From positions 367,870 through 409,264 of the forward strand of contig WELB01000009.1 of assembly GCA_009602725.1 (NCBI GenBank): a stretch of DNA of 41,395 nucleotides. Direction: 5' to 3'. This document shows positions 33,670 through 41,395 of the stretch, in pieces; positions within the stretch are counted from its first letter, which is position 1; each line of letters opens with the position of its first letter. The notes beneath the pieces were generated by a model. It was not told the origin of the DNA, made no database searches, and worked only from the letters and a program-made list of their open reading frames with translations. This stretch comes from Spirogloea muscicola. Its lineage: Eukaryota. The position numbers and the translations under genes are program-made.

Positions 33670-36426
33670 ATGGCGGCCGCGCTCCAGGGGCCTCCGCCGG
33701 CGACGCCGCCGCNGGGCCCGGCAGCGCGACGCGGCCGTGGCCGCCGTGCGCCGCGCCTGCCGGCTCTGCCGCTCGGTGAGACGGAGCTCCGGGCGTCCGC
33801 AAGCCTTCGCAAGCCTTTCCACAGCCTATCCAGAGCAGAGCCTTACCGAGCCTTTCCAGGCTTTTCCGAGGAGGCCGGCCCCTGCCTTTCCGTCCAGATA
33901 GTGGGGCTAGGCCTGGGGCTCTCGTCAAGCGCCTATTCACTAGCCTAAGCTAACAGAAATGTACAGAGAATAGCAGATAAGGATGTTGCTTCAATTCTGA
34001 CATGAGCGATGGCTGCTGCTATGACACAGGTCGACGCGGAGCTCCGCGGCAATGCCGGCAAAGATGGAAATCATGGTGATGGCGCTAACGGCAGCGGCTG
34101 CCTGGAGAAGAGTGACCGGACGCCCGTCACGGTGGCAGACTTCGGAGTGCAGGCCCTGATTGCTCTTGGTGGGTTCTGGCGAGCACCCATGCGTCCTCAG
34201 CCTCGAGGCCCAGTTGCCACTGCGGTTTGGAGCATGGACTTGGGCATTGAGCTTTTGGCTCGCCAGCCGCAGCCGAGCGCTCTGTGATGCAAAGTGATTC
34301 AGTTTCCAAGAGATTTGATGAGAATGCAGCACACTGTCTATAATGTGTGTTGGGCAGTTCGCACATGTCATGGGTATCACATCATGCCACGTAACTCCCA
34401 GCTTGCAGGTATCAGAGCTCAGGCTGTTACTCCTGGCTTCATTATCATGATGCCAGACTTATGTCACTTCCTAAGTATTCTCACCAAATGGAACAATGTG
34501 TGAAGCAGAGCTTGAGCGTGACTTCCCTGAGCTGCGGCTGGTGGGCGAGGAGGATGCCAGCCAGCTGCGGGCAGAAGATGTTGCTGCCCCCGTCATGAAC
34601 ACCAGTGGCAACCGCTCGGATGCAGCATCAGCTTCTGGGGAGGACAAGAGCCCTCTTGTTGAAAGGATAAGGAGAGCTGTGGCAGAGCACGTGCGTGTGG
34701 AGCTTCAGAATATCACTCCAGAATCATTGCTAGCAGCTATTGACAGAGGCGGCACCAAGGAGCACGCAGCCAGCTACTGGGTACGCCGCCGCTCGGCTGC
34801 CAACCTTCACACAGCCAATGTCTACAAGGACAACACATGCAATAGCATTGAGGAGATTAGCACGTAGGCTAGACCTTGTTCCCTTGCCTGATGACTGCTT
34901 GCTGCTTTGATCGTGCAGGTTCTTGACCCCATTGATGGCACGCGTGGCTTCCTGCGGGGAGGCGACTTGCAGTATGTGGTATGGTCCTCCATGCATTCCT
35001 CGTCCTCCATCTACAGGAGTACCGAAGGCCAGCTTGCATCTAGTTTGAGGTGCAACGCGATCCTTGGATTGAGGAGAACTTGGCTACAGATGTGTTTCTT
35101 TGGCCAATCCTGTCCTTATCTGATACAGTAGAGCTTGACTAACTTTGATTGTCGTCCTATATTATCAGAGGTTGGGCCTCTGCACCTTGCCTGGGCTGGC
35201 CCTGAACCTCTTGGCCACTTCTTGACAGATCGGCTTGGCACTAGTTGAGGATGGTTCGGCGGTTGTTGGCGTACTGGGGTGCCCAAACATGATGGTGGAT
35301 GAGCATGGCCGCCCGTGCCCACGTGCCACCTCTGCCGGAGCTTCAAGTGGGCCAGCGAGTCCAGCTTCCAGTGCCGGGGGGTGCATCATATCAGCCAGCC
35401 TTGGCAATGGCACCTGGGCTGAGCCGCTGCAGTTCGCAGGCGTGGCTGACAAAGGTGAAGACCCTGCGGGCGAGCGGAAGTCGGAGGCGCTCCGGCACAG
35501 GCTGCACGTGGACACCAAGGAGAGCCTGCGGGCGGCGGTCTTCTGCATCTCCGACCATGAGACCTGGTCAGAGCTGCCGCTGGCCCGGACAATGGCAGCA
35601 GAGCCCGTGGACGGTGGTGGGCCAGCGGCGTGGGAGGCGCTGCAGCTGCCCATCTGCTGCGGGAGGTGCAGTTTGCCCGCTTGCTACAGGGACGCTGTCT
35701 TTATCAGCTCCATCGTGCACCATGGCAGGGTCCTACATTGTGGCATTTGAAGGCTCTGTGACCTTTTCAAGCTCTGATGTAGTAGTATTCATCAGTAGCA
35801 TGGTAAAGCATGAAATAGACATTTCTTGGAATGGTCTTCACTAAAGCACACACAATTCTGTGGGAGCAGCCTGTGCAAGTACGCCGCTGTGAGCTGCGGG
35901 GCCGCGTCCATCTTTGTCCAGCACCCACTCGAGTCCCCGGAGCTTAAGGTGACATCCATATTGTATGCACAAGCTCATTGTGAATGCTGATCCTGCATGT
36001 ATATGCACACAACACTGGTTGCTTCGCACATCCTAATCTTCCTACTGTTTCACCAATGTGGTGCCTTCAGGTGTGGGATCACGCTGCCGGGGTCATCTGT
36101 GTCACGGAAGCAGGCGGCCAGGTATGCTTGCCCCATCCTCTGCTCCCAGCTTGCAATGCACAAGTCTCGGCTGTAAAACGTCGCTTGCCGTTTTCTACAA
36201 TATATTTCCTTCTTGTCTTGCTGTACTTGCAAGAGCGTCCCGACCATTGAATGCTTCCAGGTTGTCGCAGGTCACAGACTTCAAGGGAGACGCGCTCTGC
36301 TTTGGCAGAGGCGGCCACACGTTCCATGCAGGCGGCGGCGGTGTCGTCGTCACCAACGGCAATTTGCATGCAGAGGTCTTGGAGAAGCTTCGCACCAGCA
36401 TGGCTGCTAGTCCTGCGGCATCTTGA
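33670..36426 (+). CDS. Inositol-monophosphatase-family 3'(2'),5'-bisphosphate nucleotidase (putative PAP-specific phosphatase, At4g05090-like; 8 exons)
   Basis: Exons 33670-33775 (with N), 34030-34168, 34509-34780, 34919-34978, 35229-35665, 35870-35948, 36071-36121, 36271-36426. Motifs: KSDRTPVTVADFGVQA, LVGEED, YWVLDPIDGTRGFLRG, GVLGCPN, ICCGSLCKY, VWDHAAGVICVTEAGGQVTDFKG. Confidence 0.92.
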
Positions 36427-36676
36427 CCAACCGCCATGTGAAAGTGACCCCAGTGTCGCCTTGATCTGCACAAATTGTGCAACTGATGGTCAGGCTTCAA
36501 GCCCGTCGTTTTTGTAAAATACGTGATTTTGTGGGAGCCTTGGGCGTTGAGATGGGAGCATCTCGCTCACCTTTCTCTCATGGAGTCTATTTTAAGGGCA
36601 ACCTTTGCAGAAGGCTTTGGATGTCTAAAGTCAAAGGTCGTAAATTGTCACGAGATTGCTCGTAAGTCGGCACTAG

Positions 36677-39600
36677 GCCGGCGGCGCCGGCGTGGCGGAG
36701 CTGCGGCTGGACCACATAGTGGGGTTCCACGCGCCCACGCAGCTCAAGGCCCTGCTCGACGCCCGCTGCCTGCCGGTCATCGTCACGTTCAGGTGCGCTG
36801 CCCCAACACCTCTGCCGCAGGAATGCAAGTCTTAAGGTTTAAGAGGTTGAGGGTTCAGGGTTCAGGGTTTAAGGAGTTTAAGGGTTAAGGCTTTAAAGGT
36901 TAGGGGTTGAGGTTTGAGGTTGAGGTAATGTAGGGTAGGATTTTGGGTTCAGGTCACGGAGTCTGAGGTTATTCAGCAACTCGGCGAAGGTGTGATTATG
37001 CAAGTCTTAAGTATTTATGTTTTCGATTTGAGGCTGAGGTAAGGTAGGATAGGGTTTTGGGTTCAGGTCACAGAGTCTGAGGTTACGTATCAATGCAGCT
37101 CACGGTTCATGGCTGACGGCTGGGATTGCCGGCCTGGAGCAGGCCGACGTGGGAGGGCGGCCAGTACTCGGGGCCCGAGGAGGCTCGGCTGGAGGCGCTG
37201 CTGCAGGCCGTCGACCTCGGCGCCGACTTCGTGGACGTGGAGCTCCAGGCACGTGGTCCTCTGACTCCAGTGCCAGCATTAGAGTCCTTCACTTGAGGGT
37301 GGAGGGTTTGAGGTGTAAATGGGTCCAGTTCAGCAGCAAGTGGTAGGGCCCACCGCCATAGGCCACAGGCAAAGCTCAGTAGATAGCTTGAGACGTGCAT
37401 AGGTTGGACCCAAGACCACCGCCTGGTGATACTCGCTGTGTTGACACTAGAGACTGGCAAAGTTCCTGAGACCCAGAATCTCCCCTTAATTTCCAATGAA
37501 CCTGCAAACTTGCACTCGAGATGTAGTTTCTGCACCATCATCTTTGTTGGTGAGTTAGCAACATCTCAACTTTCTTATAAGGTAGGGCATAGTTGACCGC
37601 AGGTGGCGAGCAGCTTCGTGCAGCGTGCAAGGGACATGATGGCCGCGCGGCCGGCCACGTCGCCGGCCACGCGGATCATCGTCTCCTCGCATAACTATGA
37701 GGCGACCCCCGACGACGAGGGCCTTGCGCGCCTCGTGGCCGACATCCAGGCCACTGGGGCTGACATTGTCAAGCTCGCGACCACGGCTGTGGACATCACC
37801 GACAATGCCCGCATCTTCTCGCTCCTGGGCCGCACGCAGGTAATCTTCTACCAGTGTGTGCTCATGCAGCCGGCACATCACTCAAGCCCTGCACCTGCAG
37901 CCCAGATCTGTAGTTTACATGGATTCTTAAGCCTGAAGCTTGGAGTCTTCCTCGAATTGCTGAGGCAGAAGTTCAAGCTTGAGCGCAAAGTATATTCTGT
38001 CACCATCTTTATTGGGTCAAGCTGGACAACATGATGCAGGCCAGTCACTCCTCGTAGGCTTATCTCCAACATGTTATCAGATCCTCAAACTCCACCTGGA
38101 CCCTTCATACCTCTACCAAGACATGACAACATGTCCACTTGTGCATGTGGTATCCACCACGTCTGGAATGCAGGTGCCCATGATTGCCCTCGTCATGGGG
38201 CCAAGAGGCCAGATCAGCCGCTTCCTCGCCCCAAAGTTTGGAGCGTTCCTCACCTTTGCTGCTTTGGACGCCGGGAAGGAGTCGGCCCCAGGGCAGTCGA
38301 CGGTGTCAGAGCTCTCAACAGTGTACCGCTTGAGCCGGGTTGGCAGGGACACAAAAGTCTTGGGGTTGATTGGCAACCCTGTCAGCCACAGCAAGGGGCC
38401 CGTGCTCCACAATGCTGCCATGACCAGCACAGGCTACAATGGAGTCTATGTGCCTTTCCTGGTGGACAATGTTGCTTCCTTCTTGAAGACGTTCGACTCG
38501 CCTGACTTTGCAGGATTCAGGTCAGAGTACACAGACAGGACAAGCCCATTAGGTTGACGTGGCACGTAGAAGAGCAGCTGTCCTTAGCCTTGCGCAATAC
38601 CTGCACATATCCGTCTAGCTTACAGCATTGCTATGCTATACTTCATTTCTTTAGGTGTCTAGGTTTGTCTTGAGTACGCTGTTGCCATGATCTCACAGGC
38701 CTGTTACTGAGGTCTGTTTTTGTCTTGGCAATGCTCCAGCAATGAGAGCTGGGCTGACCTTGACCATGGGGTTCCTCTTGCGGCAGCGTGACAATACCTC
38801 ACAAGCTGGCAGCTCTCCAGGCCTGCGATGAGGTTGACCCAGTCGCCAAGGTACCCTTCCAATGTTGTCGGTGCTAGCATGTTACCGAGGCTTACACCCG
38901 AATCTAGCAGAAAGTGATACTTCAGTAATACTAGTATAGGCAGTACCACTGTTAGCACTGTCTGGCATTTGCATGCATACGTACACATCTTGTTGCCTAT
39001 CGTCTGTAGGAGACTGCCAGTGAGTGCATTTCATTCTTGCTTGCTGACATCGAAATAGACGTTACTCTGAATCACATGCGGTTGGGGTTACAGGCCATTG
39101 GAGCAGTGAACACGATTGTGCGAAGGCCTGAAGACGGCAAACTTGTTGGCTACAACACGGACTGGGAAGCAGCCATCTGCGCGATTGAGGATGGCCTCCG
39201 AGCTGCTGAGGGATCAAGTGCAGGTCACATAAGCTACCTCGGAACCTACATATAGAAGGAGTCAGCAAAGCAAGCCTTGCAAGAGCAGAGATAAATGTCA
39301 TTGGGTTACATTAGAGCCTTTCTTTGCCTCCTCAGAGCTTACCTACAAGCCTTTCTTGAGTTAAACTCAAGTATTGGTAGTTGTATCCATCTTTTTGATT
39401 CTTTGTCATAAGTTCGACTAATTGCTCTTTGCAGATCCATCACGAGCTGGTAGATATGGGTATCTGGTATCAATGCATGCTGTTGCGTGCTCTTGTGAGA
39501 GTTGGAGGATTTACTAGTCCAAGTACCCAGCTCCATCGGTCGAAATCAAGCAATGAGCTACACAGGATGCGTTTGACTACCTCACCAGTCCATGTCCAAC

Positions 39601-40620
39601 TCTGACCTTTCCCAATGTCTCGTGCCCTTCAGCAGGAATGACATCCTCAACGAATAAAGGAGAGGAGCACTCGCCGCTGCGCGACAGACTCGTGGTTGTA
39701 GTTGGCGCAGGCGGAGCAGGCAAGGCCCTTGTGTTTGGAGCCAGGCAGCGGGGTGCCCGGGTGCTCATAGCAAACCGCAGCAGGCTCAAAGCTGAGGAGC
39801 TGGCCATGGAGGCCGGCGCCAATGTTGTGGATCTCGTTGAATTGTCGCAGCCTGGTATAGTCGAGCTGGCGGCTGGAGAAGCGCTCATGCCTGTGCTTGC
39901 AAACACCACCTCCATAGGCATGCACCCCAATGTGGACGAGTCCCTAATTGCTGCTGTGAGCTCTTATCTCCATCAAGCTTCTCTGTGCACCTACAAGCTT
40001 TATCTTGATTGCAGGTCTTCCACTATATAGAGACATTGTGACAGATATCTTGGCATGAATTGTTTACTTGTACCCTATAAGACAGTACCCTATAAGACAA
40101 CAAACTGCCTTTGCACGATCATGACTTCTGCAGACCCTTAAGATGAGAGCGATCACCTGATCATATGCAGGAGGGGCTGAGGGGCTACCGGGTTGTGTTC
40201 GATGCTGTATACACACCCATGGAGACCATGCTGCTTCGTGACGCCAAGCAGATGGGGTGCCATCCCGTCAGCGGGCTTGAGATGTTCGTCGGCCAGGCTG
40301 CGGAGCAGTTTGAGCTGTTCACGGGCAGCCCTGGTGCATAAATCTAACCACAGCAACATCAGTGCTCTATTGCTAGACAGCACCATCGATGTCACATGAT
40401 CTCCAGCTGGTTCGCTCAACAGCAGATTATGCTTGTCTTGGCCTGGTGTTGGGTGTCAGCCTTGTTCCTTTGTGCACCTCCTTCGTAGGTGACAGCCACT
40501 CTTGTTGTTCTCAAATTCGTGTATTGCATCATGATGGTTCTCACACTGCACTGTGGCGCTTGACTGGCAGCTCCTCGGCAGCTCATGCGAGACGTAGTCT
40601 TGAAGAGCATGAAGCAATGA
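36677..40620 (+). CDS. Bifunctional type I 3-dehydroquinate dehydratase / shikimate (quinate?) dehydrogenase; no start exon found
   Basis: Exons 36677-36792, 37143-37248, 37603-37839, 38174-38520, 38787-38850, 39094-39223, 39633/39636-39955, 40171-40333, 40571-40620. Motifs: AELRLD, TFRPTWEGGQY, DVELQ, IVSSHNY, ADIVKLAT, SAPGQ, GNPVSHSKGP, SVTIPHK, GAVNT, GYNTD, GAGGAG, IANRS, FDAVYTP, SGLEMFVGQA. Confidence 0.93.
36830..37085 (+). repeat. Degenerate telomere-like tract with an internal ~50-bp duplication in the first visible DHQ-SDH intron
   Basis: GGGTTCAGGGTTCAGGGTTTAAGG...TTAGGGGTTGAGG. TTTTGGGTTCAGGTCAC(G/A)GAGTCTGAGGTTA occurs twice (~36940 and ~37055). Confidence 0.72.
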
Positions 40621-41254
40621 ATCGTATTTCCAATTTTGGCTAGTATGGGTTTATTGTGTAGGCCAGCAACAGGGATTGTTGCTAGCCCACACCTCTGTCA
40701 ATGGACTATAGAGTTCGATCCACTATTCTTTGGGAGTCATTTATTCTATTGTCACGGGCATAGAAGCGGCAAACCATATCATCACTGTCAGTCACAGAGA
40801 CTGGCGAAACCATGACCTTGTATTACAGCCAACTGATAATTGATTGTTGGAGTGGTCGAGATGTAGCAGATGGACACTGCCGTAGACGAGTCGGCTTCTT
40901 TGGAATCCTAGGAGCTCTTATGGGCTACCGATTCTCCATTTCCTGGAGAGGACATTCACGGTTGGCTGGCCTTTCAGAGACAGTCAGCAAGCACGAACAC
41001 GTACAAGAGCCCAGGGAGGTTGTCAATGCTTAGTGCAGACAGTCAGCAGAAAAGCACGGCGCCATGCTGTCCGCTCGCTGCTGAGGACTTCACAGAGGTG
41101 ATTTAGCCGACGGCTATGTTGGATCACAGACCTTGATAGCCGCAGCCAAACAAGGGCAGGGAGCGGCAACACCAGCGCCAATAGCTATAGCTCTTTGGAG
41201 TTGCGAGACAGGCAAGTGCTGGTGGCCAAGGGACTGAGATACACGGGTCTTGAC

Positions 41255-41350
41255 GACAGCCAGAGGCTGCAGCTAAAGCACAGCCAGCACGCAGGAGCAA
41301 GGCGTGGGCCATGGACGCCGCTGGAGGCATACGGACAGGCGCATGCGGAA
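41255..41350 (-). mobile_element. Decayed subfamily B-like fragment
   Basis: RMRL...SMAHALLLRAGCALAAASG. Confidence 0.7.
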
Positions 41351-41395
41351 GCCGGAAAAAGCCGCAGACGCCGCAAGAGTGGGGGGGGGGGGGGG

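Noticed and set aside
41381..41395. Terminal poly-G
   Set aside because: At the window edge and probably a sequencing artefact.

Overview
GC-rich, intron-rich eukaryotic genomic scaffold with land-plant-like genes and compact spacing, suggesting a streptophyte alga (inference). It has two long N gaps and three single-N joins, two of which lie in or at poly-T runs. I reconstructed seven spliced genes: an alpha/beta-hydrolase (-), a partial Cys-rich protein (+), AP-3 mu adaptin (+), an unknown membrane protein (-), a DG1-like PPR protein (+), an IMPase-family PAP phosphatase (+) and a bifunctional dehydroquinate dehydratase/shikimate dehydrogenase (+). Between genes are islands built almost entirely from 5'-truncated 3' ends of at least three subfamilies of an RLE-type (CRE-like) non-LTR retrotransposon. 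Main highlights: (1) these subfamilies insert into each other reciprocally, with visible target-site duplications; (2) subfamily B ends without poly(A) in a stem-loop module that is also scattered through the islands on its own; (3) the SDH carries the Ser->Gly change (HSKGP) linked to quinate activity, lacks a visible first exon, and starts 250 bp after the phosphatase; (4) three GC-AG introns; (5) telomere-like tracts inside introns.
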